A stretch of DNA of 63,489 nucleotides, counting the filler, from Octopus bimaculoides (Eukaryota): the NCBI RefSeq assembly GCF_001194135.2. It is 4 parts of 3 records of this genome, joined end to end, with 100 filler letters (N's around TTAATTAATTAA, not from the genome) between each part and the next. Parts side by side here need not be neighbours in the genome. Positions count along the whole stretch, not along the records: positions 21,734 to 51,791 come from NC_068988.1; 3 more parts are not named here. One strand, written 5' to 3'. This document shows positions 36,201 to 50,580 of the stretch, piece after piece; the first letter of the stretch is position 1, and the number at the start of each line of letters is the position of its first letter. The notes under the pieces are model-generated. The model saw only the letters and a list, made by a program, of their open reading frames with translations. It had not been told where the DNA came from and ran no database searches. The position numbers were made by a program, and so were the translations under genes.

Positions 36201-39200
36201 TTATTCAGATACTTTCTTTATACGGTTATCGATTGTGAGAATTTGGAGTCAAGCGTCCATTACCGGGCGTTACTTAATCTCAACGCGTTACTTCCAATGA
36301 CACAACTAAGAGAACATTCTTATAAATTTACCGAGTATTTCTCAGAATGTTACGGTTGGAGTTGATGTTGTAATAGTGATAGTGTTGCATTTGCTATTGA
36401 TGTAGATGCTACACCTCGTGACTTTATACAATAGACAGGGAAATCGGAGCCGCTAGTAGTCGACGTAGTGATGCTGATTGTCTCCTTCATTCTAAGCCAC
36501 GTTGTTTACACAGCCGACTGCTAGCTGCGCCGATGACGTGAGCATTGATGCTGTTGGTGTTTCCATCGTTGTGGCTGCTTCTTAGATTGTTGTATTTGTT
36601 ACTGATACTCCGTTGGATGCTGTTATTGGGGCTCTGTAAGCAATAGATTTTACTGCTTTACTGTATCTCTCTAAAATTGCTCCTAATTGCAACTTTGGTT
36701 GAAAAGAACGAGAACTCCTCCTCATGGAAAGAAGTACAGGGGAGTATTGCAATGGAAACTCTAATTGTATTATAGTTGACATATTCTCCTGTTAAATCAG
36801 TGCATAAGCCTGATAAAATGGAATTATTCGGTGGGATAAGTTTTCTGCACAATTATTTCTACATTAGGCACAATGCTGAAATCTCTGAAGGAAGGAGATT
36901 AGCAGAGTAAATTAACATTGATACTTGACTATGGCACTAATTTATCGACACCTAGAAAATAGAATGTTGCATTCAACTCTGTGGAATGTAAATTTAGAAC
37001 ATAAATAGATAGGAAAAAAACACCGCACTGTGTATATTTAGACCCTGTATCGATCCTGCTAATGTATTACATTTCTATGGGTTGATACTGTATTATATAT
37101 ACTATGAGAAGAACTTTTTGTTTATGTATTTTGTAACTGAGACAATATGAAAATAGAATAAAACTGAAATCAGTTTTCATGTACTTACAATGACAAGCAT
37201 CGCGAAAAAGCTCAGAACTAAACCTTAAAGGATATCAAATATTACCACATAACGTTATTCACATAATCCTTTATAACTAGGGCAGTTATTATTTCACTCT
37301 ATGTCATTCGTGATCAAAGATATTCCATTTATAATGATTTCCTTAGTAGTTCCTAGTATAATGTAAACAAAACAGCTTTACCTAATGTGTCTTCGATTTT
37401 AAGACATTAACCTACAGGTAGACAATTTAGGTGCACTTTCAAACAGGTCATCTGAGCTCATAGCTTTTTCATTGTTGGTTTATATTAAATAGTATTGCTA
37501 TTTATTACTATAAAATTTAGTTTTCATAGCGAAACATGATGTGTGTTCTGATAAGTCGTTCGAACATCTGAAGCGATTTAAGAAAACTATGATTATGAAT
37601 GGCAAATTTTAAAAAAAATACTTAGTTTGGTTCTAATCCAATTTAGTAACATTGAACCGTAATGACAACAAGACAACACATAAAATAAAATAGCGAAAGT
37701 ATTAGCAAAGACTAGAGAGAAAAACTAATTAATCACTCAATTATCAAGATATTATTATTGTCTAAACCATATCGGCACTTATGATGCTTCGGAGACAGAA
37801 TAAGGAAATTAATTTGATAAGCATTGTTAAATTCGGAATATGGGTGGAGAAGTAATAGAAACTAGCAAAAATGAAATTGATTAATATTTTAATTAAACGC
37901 AGCGAACATCCATTATGTCCTTTGTCGAGACGATTGCTTTTAATATTAAATGGCATAAACATGAGGAAAATCAAGGAACGTTAAATAATGACATTCACTA
38001 TAGCAACATTTTTAAATAGGCAGGATTTTGACACGCAAGAATACCTTTTTATTACATAATCTAGAAGATTATATATTTGTATAGCGAAACACGAATCATT
38101 TCAGTTTCTTAATAACATTCAGTAACATTCAGAATATGAATTGTCTGGCATATGATAATTTAATTCAGCAGATATAACAATAAATGTAAAATATTACCTC
38201 GAATCTATTGTCCACAAGCATCTATTTTGAGATCTTGGAGACATTTCTGACTAATTGCCAGAAGCAGTTATTATCTAATTTCCTGTCCCATTGGAATAAG
38301 AGATCGTCTTTGATGAAGTAAAAACTACGGATGCTATATTGTGGTGGAGATAGATAAGAAGCGCAATGTTCGAATTGATGTAATGACTAATAAGAAATCA
38401 TAATATTATGAAATATATTCAGAGTGTATTTTCTCTGTGTGTCTGCTAGAAATAAAAGCAATGGTGCACTTGTGGTATCTTTGATATATTTCTCTTGTAT
38501 AAGAAAGAGTTTCAATAGAAATAAGTGATCAAAGGCTAAGCTGCTATAGAATGATTGCTTAGAATTATACTAGCACACCTTTGCATGGAAGCGCAATGTT
38601 AAATGTGCAGTTGAAGCTTACATATTATTCGCACGATTCTTTCTCGATAAACCGTTGTTTGATACATTGTGATGGCGGGATGCAGTTAACACTATTTTAT
38701 AAACTCAAGCATATCTACCAGCTGATATAACGCATTCTTCACTTTACTATAATATAAAGACTTCCAAATCCTCACGCAACGACACTGATAACTGTACCAT
38801 CACTTTTATGATACCAATGATACGAATAATATTTCTATAGCTAACACATGAACAGAGATTGAAGAATGTCCTACATTGCGCTGGTGATTGCCAAGTACCA
38901 TAGTATGCATTATAGTCATAAAACACTTAGTCCACAGAATATCATGTATATTCGTCGAAAATGCTCCGATAAATCTATTTCACCCATTACAAAACCAGTC
39001 TTTGTTATATCTGATCTCATTTGTTGATGTACAGATAAAATTGCATCAGAAAGTTAAATTGATTTATTGAGCAAGATAATAATCAACTGTTCAAATAAGG
39101 GCACACAAAGGGCATGTATGATTGGCAGAACTACCAATCAGAATCACATCATAATGGATTCTTTCCATCTGTTTCTAATATAATTCTATTGAATTCATCT

Positions 39201-40532
39201 AACATCAAACAGCTTGTCTGAATTGCTCTAAATTCACTGGACCTCTAAACTTCTCTATATTCCTGTTGCTCGTTTTTGAACAACTACAACAGTTCCGCTT
39301 AACTTTCCATTTCTGCAAAAGCATACACCTCAATATATCCCCACGCAAAAATATCTTCTATTCCTAACAGCTCAAACTATTCACCCATGATAAGTAATTT
39401 ACACATTGATGTTTACGATATTCGTCTCACATCAACGTATTAACATTGAATAATATACATTCTTGCTGAGTTCCAGTAGCAACTAAAATTTATAACAATA
39501 ACGTATATTCCATACACATGATAATTCCAATAAATCGATTATATCCACATGCAAAATATTTCAAATGTATTCATACGCTTCTTGCCTTATAAATAGTAGA
39601 GCGGAATTTATCTGAACATGCTCCTGCTGAATATTTCTCTGTACAAGATGAAGATACTCAAATTCAATATAGTTGTATTTGTCGTTGCGTAGCTTCTATG
39701 CAGGCACGGTGGGTAACTACTTTACTTATTCTTTTTATAAACCTCAGACAAACTAATGAAGTATCTAAGTAATATCAATTTCGAAGATATTTTTAACATT
39801 TTTTTTTTTATAAGTATACATCCAAAGTAAGGATTTGTTTTGATATTCGCCTCCTATCTGTCAGTTTTCAGTGAATCACTGAGAATATCATCTAGACTGC
39901 TTTTATATATTTTGTCTTCAGTATGCGCGTCCCTGATTTAGTTGTAGAGAGGTTTTTACGAGGCCAGCTCCATTTCAGATCGAAATGGACATGAGATTCA
40001 GAATTCAAAGAAATATATAGAAATCATAACATTTCTAAATATGTCGAATCACACGACCATCAAGTACCTTTGCTAATGTTTTTCATGTGTCACCACCAAT
40101 AGCAAACAAGTTTTAACAACACATACGCACCTTCGGGATGAATTACTTTTTTACTCGAAAGGCTGTTTCTTAGTGTTAGTGTAATAGCGTAAATGTAAAA
40201 GGCAACTGAAACTAGATCTATGTATGCTTCTGATGTCGCAGTTGTAGTTTGTTAGAAGGCACCTACGTGTTGAAATTCATAAATGTTTGGAAAAGCTAAG
40301 AGTTGAATAAAGTTTGATGAATTGCAATTAGAAAAATTGCGTGCTTTTTAAAAAGTATTTGGTAACATATATTGGTATGTGTCATGTTTCATAATTAGTT
40401 TGAAGAAATGTGTGTTTGGGTGTATGAGCACGCGCGTGTGCGCGCGTGTGAGTGTGTGTGTGTGTGTGTGTGTGTAGCTATCAATTGGCTGTGTGTGTCT
40501 GTGTGCATATAGACATAAGCGCATGTTTGTAA

Positions 40533-40595
<63 letters not shown>

Positions 40596-40605
40596 NNNNN
40601 NNNNN

Positions 40606-40651
<46 letters not shown>

Positions 40652-40761
40652 AAGAGAGAGAGAGAGAGGCATATAGATATAGATATATATAGAAAAAAAG
40701 TCAAGGTAGAAAATGCAAAAATACTTTTATAAAAAAGATTGTCTGTTTTAGTCGGCATTTA

Positions 40762-40798
<37 letters not shown>

Positions 40799-40927
40799 CA
40801 TATGTATGTATACATCTGCATATGTGTGTGCGCATGTGTTTATACAGAGATGTATGTTTGTACATTAATATATGTGCGTATATATGCGCATATTACTTCA
40901 GTCCTTCTCTGACTGTCTCTGTCTGTC

Positions 40928-40992
<65 letters not shown>

Positions 40993-41348
40993 NNNNNNNN
41001 NNNNNNNNNNNNNNNNNNNNNNNNNNNNNNNNNNNNNNNNNNNNNNNNNNNNNNNNNNNNNNNNNNNNNNNNNNNNNNNNNNNNNNNNNNNNNNNNNNNN
41101 NNNNNNNNNNNNNNNNNNNNNNNNNNNNNNNNNNNNNNNNNNNNNNNNNNNNNNNNNNNNNNNNNNNNNNNNNNNNNNNNNNNNNNNNNNNNNNNNNNNN
41201 NNNNNNNNNNNNNNNNNNNNNNNNNNNNNNNNNNNNNNNNNNNNNNNNNNNNNNNNNNNNNNNNNNNNNNNNNNNNNNNNNNNNNNNNNNNNNNNNNNNN
41301 NNNNNNNNNNNNNNNNNNNNNNNNNNNNNNNNNNNNNNNNNNNNNNNN

Positions 41349-41395
<47 letters not shown>

Positions 41396-41949
41396 CATAC
41401 ACACACATGTACTTGTATGTATGAATATATGTATGTATTCGAACGGCTATTACAAGATTACAAGTAGACAGCAGCAGATGATAATTCATTTAATCTCCTT
41501 ATTTCTAATCCTGTTGCTGTGCAGTCAAGTTCATTCTTTTATGTATTCTATATAATGTGAACATCAGACTTGCTTCATTGTAACATGTAGATAAATGCGT
41601 GGATACTTGCTATTTCGATGAGATTTTCAGTGACTAGATTCCATATTTATTACTAAGTTATTATATTTTCAGCTAACTGGAATGATTAAGGACATAATTT
41701 ATTGTTAGATTTGGTTTGCCAATAATGAACTGTATTATATCGGAGGTTGATAGTTAAGAGATATATTAGAATGGTAAACAAATATATTTTTTAACATGTA
41801 TAAATTGTTCCTTAATACGGACATTTCTGTGGGATCATTTTTTTTTTGTTTGTAAATAGAAATCTATAGTTTCGGGACAGGAAACCTTAATTCGACGGAA
41901 ACTTAGAATTTAGATTTGGAGTGAGTCATGTATTTCCATACGTGATTGA

Positions 41950-42135
41950 TCAATAAGTATCCGGACTGTTGCCATAGTAACGAAGCTAAAGTACACAAAA
42001 TAAAGCCACTTGGCACAGATTGACCTCGAACTCTGCTGTGCATGTGCAATAAGTTTTATCGTCCTAGCTCATATCCACTGTTTACAGCATTGCTTGGAAG
42101 GAAAGTGTCTCGCATGTGAACGTCGCATTGAGCAC
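41950..42135 (+). mobile_element. Mariner-type terminal fragment/MITE
   Basis: aagtatccggactgttgccatagtaacgaagctaaag... resembles mariner TIR/5' UTR sequence (compare 43486 end). Confidence 0.45.
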
Positions 42136-42438
42136 AAGCATAATATGCCGGACATTGTTGTTTAGAGCAAACAAGAATAAGTATGTACCGTCATTGATGT
42201 CAGCAGTCCTGATGTGAAGAAGACTTTGAAAATCAAAATGAAGGAGGACAACTGCTTCGAAACCTTCAGCATCTATATCAAAACTACATTTATAACAATA
42301 ATAATTGGTGGACTTGATTTTGTGAGTAAATGCCTAAATGACGGTCTGGATGAGCTTGGATTTTTAGAAAAAGAAATCGACAAACAATATCACCGCACGT
42401 TACAAATATACAAGACGTTTCTTAAGTTTAAAATGTGA
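42136..42438 (+). mobile_element. 3' end of a non-LTR retrotransposon with restriction-like endonuclease (R4/NeSL/R2-group type)
   Basis: In frame KHNMPDIVV*SKQE*VCTVIDVSSPD...KMKEDN...IIIGGLDFVSKCLNDGLDELGF...YKTFLKFKM*: RPD...D-V-x-x-P...K motif of RLE domains. Confidence 0.72.
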
Positions 42439-42816
42439 CATTATTTTCATTAACTACATTTCAACGATAGAGATTTGTATCTTTGCTAAAAATCAGATCC
42501 CTGGTCAAAGGAAGAATTGAAATAATAAAAACAGATGAGAACATGAATACTTACATTCCTATTTGCATACATATATATATATATATATATANNNNNNNNN
42601 NNNNNNNNNNNNNNNNNNNNNNNNNNNNNNNNNNNNNNNNNNNNNNNNNNNNNNNNNNNNNNNNNNNNNNNNNNNNNNNNNNNNNNNNNNNNNNNNNNNN
42701 NNNNNNNNNNNNNNNNNNNNNNNNNNNNNNNNNNNNNNNNNNNNNNNNNNNNNNNNNNNNNNNNNNNNNNNNNNNNNNNNNNNNNNNNNNNNNNNNNNNN
42801 NNNNNNNNNNNNNNNN

Positions 42817-42857
<41 letters not shown>

Positions 42858-43485
42858 CAGACAGACAGACAGATAAATAGATAAGTAAAGTTAATCGTGA
42901 ACAGCTACCATCCTCCAGGAGACAACAGGATCGCGTGATCGATTTGATTTCGATTGAATTTGCCCGCTCTCAGTCGCGAATACCTGGTCGCCAGAAAGAT
43001 GGCCACAGTCTTCTCCAGCTAGCAATATATTGTTAACAAACCGAGCATCGGTCACTGATTTGCAACAAGCAAAATAGCTATTGTAAAATCTGAATATCAG
43101 ATGACAGAAGTAACTATATTGACAAGCAAAGATTTGTCGTCACATCAACGTAACTGTTCCATGTTACTACTAACCCCAGGCAGATCTTCCGGCAGTTGAT
43201 TATAAGTGCTGCAATGCACCCAGTAGACATACGTTGCCAGCAGGGGAGCGACCCCTACCATACTCCAGTAAACGACAGTGGTTTGATGGCGGATTTGGCT
43301 GAAGAGCATCAGGCACCGTTTGGCGCTAAATTGGAAATCATATCAAACTAACCGGCATTACTTATGCTGACCTAGCAGAGGTAAGTCGATATTATTGATC
43401 ACTGACATACACACACAGACACACAGACACAGACACACACAGACACAGACACAGACACACACACACATACACACACACATATATA

Positions 43486-44342
43486 CGAGGTGGGGTCAAG
43501 AGGTTACCAGATTTGTACCGTAGTGCACCAACAGATCACAGCACTCGATTGCGTGCGCAGTGAGAGGTAGCAGTGACCTTCATGATAGAATGTACCGAGT
43601 GGCGTCGCTGTATTTACTTCGCAAGTTGTGAAAGTTTTGCATTTGTAAACACGTGTATGCAGACGTCTGCGATCGATTTTTATCATGGACAGGAAGTTGG
43701 AACAAAAATTCAACGTGAAAATTTGTGTTAAAGTTAGAAAGTCTGCTAAAGACACAATGAGCATGCTTCGCTCGGCAAGCTTACGGCGACGAGGCAATGG
43801 GTCGTACGCAATGTCGAGAGATATGGGCGCATGACAGAACCGCATTGCACGTGGTCTTGTGCATCAACAATACGTCCCCGAGGGCCAGACCGTCAATCGA
43901 GAGTTCTACTCCGAGGTTTTGAAGTGCTTGAGAGAGGACATTCGGTGAAAGCGACCGCATCTGTGGAGTGTGAAGAATTGGATTCTTCATGTAAACGATG
44001 TACCCTGTCACAGAATTTTCCTCACGCCTGAGTTCCACTCCAAAAACAACATTGTATCGCTCCGCACCCGTCCTATTCGAGAAATTTAGCACCATCTCTT
44101 CCCCAAGATGAATATATAGTTTAAAGGTCGATGTTTAACACCGTTGTCGAGATCAAACAGCGAATCGCAGAAAGTCCTTGACTCATTTACGGTAAACGAC
44201 TTCGAGGCCGGATTATGAAAGTGGGGTGAACTCTGCGACTGCTGTATTGTTGCGCAAGGTGACGAATGAGATGACGTTAAAATGAGGTAAATAATTTATT
44301 TTTAAAACTTATCTAGTTCCGGAATCTTTTAATACCACCTCC
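43486..44342 (+). mobile_element. Internally deleted mariner element with both TIRs and TA target duplications
   Basis: TA|CGAGGTGGGGTCAAG... and ...AATACCACCTCC|TA. Coding remnants MDRKLEQKFNVKICVKVRKSAKDT..YGDEAM and YVPEGQTVNREFYSEVLKCLREDIR*KRPHLW..NWILH. Confidence 0.9.
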
Positions 44343-44717
44343 TATATACATATATAGATATATCACTTATATATATGTAAACATCAAGAACTCCGTCATA
44401 CACATTTGGATACACCCATACAATGATCGTGCGCGCTCAAGATGTATGTATAGATGTACGCTGAATATATGTATGTATACATTTTTGTAAATGTTTTTCG
44501 GCCAGTAGACTACGACTACTATTGATATCATCTGTGCATACAGGTGTATATTAAACAAACATAAGTAAGACAATTTTGGGGTATTAATAAAACAATTACA
44601 AAGTCATGTAACTGCGTATTTGTGTGAGCGTAAACACACACACACATATATATATAACTGGGTGTGGGTGTATGTGCGTATGTATGCATGTATATATGTG
44701 AGCATATATATATGCGC

Positions 44718-44763
<46 letters not shown>

Positions 44764-45151
44764 ATATATATATGTACATTTGCGAGTAAAAATAAATACA
44801 AAAAAAGAAAAAAAGGAGTTTTGTATGATTGTGTATAGAGGAATATATTATTTTGTTTAAAAGAGTTCCAACACTGTCTGTTTTTTATGTTTTATTTATA
44901 TTCCTGCAAAACCAATGTGGGATATAGAATATGGAATATACAATATATAATATAATATACAATATATAATATAAAATAAAAATGGATGGTACTATGAAAT
45001 AAAGTAGTGAATGTCTTATTGAATATATGGAATATGTCTTATTGAATAGATGAAATATTGAGTGTTCAATATAAAGGATTAAATATATAAAGGCGAATAC
45101 GTATTTTCTATACCTTGTGGTATTTCATCAAGGCCGGTATGACAGACTTTG

Positions 45152-45182
<31 letters not shown>

Positions 45183-46334
45183 GTATATATCTAATGAGTG
45201 TGTGATAAGTAGACTGCTTACCAAACACATTGTTCCGGGTTCAGTCCCACTTCATGGCATCTTTTGGGTAGGTGTCTTCTACTAGAGCCTCGGGCCGACC
45301 AAAGACTTGTGAGTGGATTTGGTAGACGGAAATTGAAATAAGACCGTGGTACTGGAGCATGTATACATGAGGCGCATGTATACTAGCGATGTTCCAGCAT
45401 GGCCACGACCTTAGGGCGGAAACGTATAAAATATAAATATATGGATACATTAAATCATAGGTAGATACATATGTGGATACATACACAGAAAAACGCACAC
45501 CCACTCTCACACACACGCGTACACACACATACACACAAAAACACTACATGTAAATGTATATACGTATATATACACACACACACACACACACTCATATATA
45601 TATATATATATATATATATANNNNNNNNNNNNNNNNNNNNNNNNNNNNNNNNNNNNNNNNNNNNNNNNNNNNNNNNNNNNNNNNNNNNNNNNNNNNNNNN
45701 NNNNNNNNNNNNNNNNNNNNNNNNNNNNNNNNNNNNNNNNNNNNNNNNNNNNNNNNNNNNNNNNNNNNNNNNNNNNNNNNNNNNNNNNNNNNNNNNNNNN
45801 NNNNNNNNNNNNNNNNNNNNNNNNNNNNNNNNNNNNNNNNNNNNNNNNNNNNNNNNNNNNNNNNNNNNNNNNNNNNNNNNNNNNNNNNNNNNNNNNNNNN
45901 NNNNNNNNNNNNNNNNNNNNNNNNNNNNNNNNNNNNNNNNNNNNNNNNNNNNNNNNNNNNNNNNNNNNNNNNNNNNNNNNNNNNNNNNNNNNNNNNNNNN
46001 NNNNNNNNNNNNNNNNNNNNNNNNNNNNNNNNNNNNNNNNNNNNNNNNNNNNNNNNNNNNNNNNNNNNNNNNNNNNNNNNNNNNNNNNNNNNNNNNNNNN
46101 NNNNNNNNNNNNNNNNNNNNNNNNNNNNNNNNNNNNNNNNNNNNNNNNNNNNNNNNNNNNNNNNNNNNNNNNNNNNNNNNNNNNNNNNNNNNNNNNNNNN
46201 NNNNNNNNNNNNNNNNNNNNNNNNNNNNNNNNNNNNNNNNNNNNNNNNNNNNNNNNNNNNNNNNNNNNNNNNNNNNNNNNNNNNNNNNNNNNNNNNNNNN
46301 NNNNNNNNNNNNNNNNNNNNNNNNNTGAATTAAC

Positions 46335-46365
<31 letters not shown>

Positions 46366-47012
46366 GTATATGTATACACACACATGCAGAGAGAGGGGGT
46401 AGGGAAAGGAGGAAAGGGGGACAGACTGGCAACGACTGTGAGATGCATACATACATATACACATACACATTTTGACCATTGAAAACTGTTTACTCTAAAG
46501 TCAATATGCTATTTTCTAATACAATCTGCCGCATAGACATTAGAGGGAGGGTCATAACATAGATCAATGTCCTAACCGAATAAAAAGATTGGTTAATATA
46601 GTCTACATGATATTGGATATGTATTCAGGCTTAAGAGCTATCGACCTTTTCCGTATATCAAGTAAGCAACACCACTGAATTTACCATGTCAAATATTAAT
46701 GTAGAATCAATATATCGTTAGTTTTTAAGCTCCGAGGATCCGGGAGGACCAGTACAAATTTGGTGGGAAGTTAAACGTTTCATTTGCCTAAAGAGATATT
46801 ACAATATGGCGTCTCATGTATCGATAATAAAAAATTATATGAATATAAAGAAAAATGTAGATTAAGAGTGAAATTCACACAAGCACACGAACATAAATAC
46901 GCACACACAAACACACACATGTACATACGTAGGCGTGTATGCATAAATATCCGCACAAACCCATACATATTGATATATACATGTATGTATGTGAATATTT
47001 ATATGTGTATGT

Positions 47013-47090
<78 letters not shown>

Positions 47091-49035
47091 GTGTGCGTGT
47101 GTGTGTGTGTGCGTGTGTGCGTGTGTGTGTGTGTGTGCGTGTGTGTGTGCATCTATGTATTTGTTTGCATGTATGTATACGTATGTATGTATAAATGTAT
47201 GCATGTTTATTGACACCTATTGAACTTACACCCTGCTGATGTTTATTTGCTTAATACATATGTAATATACGTCAATATTATAATTGAGAGGGGGAGAAAG
47301 AGGGAGTAAGAGGAGGAGAGAGAGGAGAGAGAGAGAGAAAGTATAAAAAGAGAAAGATACAGAATGAAGAATGGGGAAGGGATAGAACACAAGAGAAAGG
47401 GCGTTTAAATGCGGATTTCGATCGTGATGCGAATCCAAGACAGAAATATAAATGTCCATTAGTTCGAAGCGGTGATAAAATTATATCTTGTCCATGTATG
47501 TATGTCTAGTGTGATTTAAACAAGAAACTACCTAAATGATTGAATAAATATTCAAGGTGTCAGACGAAAATTATATTGGTAAAAGTTCTGCAGCATAATA
47601 TGCTGTTTAAATGTAAAGAAAACTGAGAGGACACCTTGTTTCATATATTTTAAGTAAAGTTAATAATTTGGTCTTGGGCAATCTAAGAAGAGGGACCATT
47701 CTGAAAACTAGCGTTAGCCATGGGACGCAGATCTGTATGTTTTCTCTTGTGTTCTTGTCGAGCAGAAATAGATAACATGAAAACAGATATTAAATATTAG
47801 AAATGATCTAATTATAAATCTCACAGAGAGATGTAAGCAGCAGTGTTACGATAAAGCAGATATATACTGTCAACTTAATGTGACAGTCCCAATAAGGGAA
47901 TCATACTGCTGCTACTTAGCCCTAGGAAGCTGGACCACTTCCTGTCGGCCTTGACACATTTCCTATGTCCTTATATTTGCGAGGAGATATTAAATAGATA
48001 CAGGGAAAATTATGCTCAGACTCACTGATACATCCATGTAAATTTCGAATAAATGAAAGGCTTTTATAATACTCTCAGAATAGACGAGAACAAGCTTACA
48101 TGCAATCTCTGTGTTCTCATATAGGCATATATTTGCGTTATTATCTAAAATACATGTATTTGTGCTTCTGCATAAGTTTGTGAGCGTGAGTGGTTGTGAT
48201 GTGTGTGTGAGTGTGTGGGTGCATGTGTATAGTTATATGAGGTCATGTGTTTGTGCCGTTTATTCCATGTGTATAGTTATATGAGGCTATGGGTTTGTGC
48301 CGTTTTCCAGTACATAAAGATTATTGCTACTGAACTTTGGTCTACATAGAGTTCTCTGATTGAAGGCATTCTAGCTATGGTAATCCCATATTTTACCTAT
48401 GCACTTTTAATGGACAACCATAATGCAATGATTTGCTTGCGATATAAGTTACTGATGTTTGTAGTTGATTGTTTAATATTATTGAGGCACACTCGTTGGC
48501 TTTGATATACGCACACACATACCCACACACACATAGTTCTTCGTTTACTGATTGACATTTGGAACATTATATCCCTAAATATTTGAAGCATTGTTTAATG
48601 TACACCTGCATACACACACATATATACGTCTAGCTGCTATCTGTTTCGGTCTACCAAGTTCATTCACAAGGCTTTGGCCAGCTCAGAGAGAGAGAGAGAG
48701 AGAGAGAAAGAAAGAGAGAGAAACGTGTACCAAATACACACACGTCTCTTAGTCACTCTGTTGCTCCCTCTGTTTCTATTCATTNNNNNNNNNNNNNNNN
48801 NNNNNNNNNNNNNNNNNNNNNNNNNNNNNNNNNNNNNNNNNNNNNNNNNNNNNNNNNNNNNNNNNNNNNNNNNNNNNNNNNNNNNNNNNNNNNNNNNNNN
48901 NNNNNNNNNNNNNNNNNNNNNNNNNNNNNNNNNNNNNNNNNNNNNNNNNNNNNNNNNNNNNNNNNNNNNNNNNNNNNNNNNNNNNNNNNNNNNNNNNNNN
49001 NNNNNNNNNNNNNNNNNNNNNNNNNNNNNNNNNNN

Positions 49036-49066
<31 letters not shown>

Positions 49067-50269
49067 CTTGGCGTTGTTATTTGACGTTGTTGAAAAGCTG
49101 GTCACTGTTTTATACGCAGAACACTCGCCTTTGGCTTCCTAAGGCGATAAAAACTGGCGACAAAATTCTTTCTGTACCAAAAACATGGCGCACCCACGCA
49201 CCCACGCACCCACACAATGTGTGTATCTATCTATGTACATGGGAGTAGAAAAAGAATCTACCGTTAGTTTTTTTTTTATGTATTGTATTTTAGAATCATC
49301 ACACTAGACTCTGCTGTTATGATTCTAAAATACAATAAGCTGTAAGGGACTATGTTTGATATTTTGCAGATGATAAATGTGCGCTGATTATGAATTTTGA
49401 TTGAAGAGATAGGGAATCGAAACAAAAAGATGCAGGGGACCTTTAAAAGTTATGCGGCGGCCCTGTGCGTTTGGTACTTGAGTTGAAAGCATTCCACTGC
49501 AATTGTAATAAAATGAGGTGTTTCTGCGTGTACGAATGGTGTCACTCGCATCCTTCATGCCATTTCATATACTGATGAGATCAGCAGCATAACGAAAGAA
49601 TATCCGATTTGTTACTACTTGTGGAATGAAATGGGGCAAGTGGGAAACATTGCCGGTGGGAATAAAGTCTTCGGATATAGTAGCTCCAATAGCATTGTTA
49701 GAAAGAAATAGCGATGAATTTGTCTCTACCATCTTATTCAAATCACAAACGATTTTGGCTTACGGAATAATATTAAAATTCTCTTCGCTATATCTACCAT
49801 GAATATTGCGTCGCCAACTTGGACTGGAAAAGAAAGCGATGCATTATTGCATGATGGTTACGATTAAAGAAGTAGTGTATTGAGAATTGAAACTATCATC
49901 CTGAGTATCAAGTGAAGGCCCTTTAATTTTTACGTATGTAAAACGGTGAATGTAAGCGTAGCGAATGAAATGTTGACAGTAAGTAAACTGAAAGCTGATT
50001 TAGAGTAGCGGATATGGGCTTGATTTGCACATGGTACTAATAGTAGTCGTCTGAAGTTGTCAGCATGGACACTTCCATAGAAAATACATTGTGTGTTCTA
50101 CGTAGGGTTCACTAATTAACCCAACAATGCTTTATTAATATTCATATAGATTCATTTATTCTATATTTATTTTGTCTTTCCTAGACACATTCACTCATGC
50201 ACATTGAAACACACCCATCGTTTTTCCATACTGCCCTTGTAATATTCACATATCCATTACCATTGTAGC

Positions 50270-50361
50270 TCAGAAACAAATTATTATTAGTAGTAGTAGT
50301 AGTACAATGAAATTAATCGTGTTATTGTTGCGTTTGCTGCTGTTATTGTTCTTGTTCTTGC

Positions 50362-50404
<43 letters not shown>

Positions 50405-50474
50405 GTTGTTGTTGTTGTTGTTCTTCTTCTTCTTCTTCTTCTTCTTCTTTTTCTTCTTCTTCTTCTTCTTATTC

Positions 50475-50523
<49 letters not shown>

Positions 50524-50528
50524 CATCA

Positions 50529-50580
<52 letters not shown>

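Noticed and set aside
49572-49600. CTGATGA...GAAA hammerhead-like core
   Set aside because: No pairing for stems I or II.
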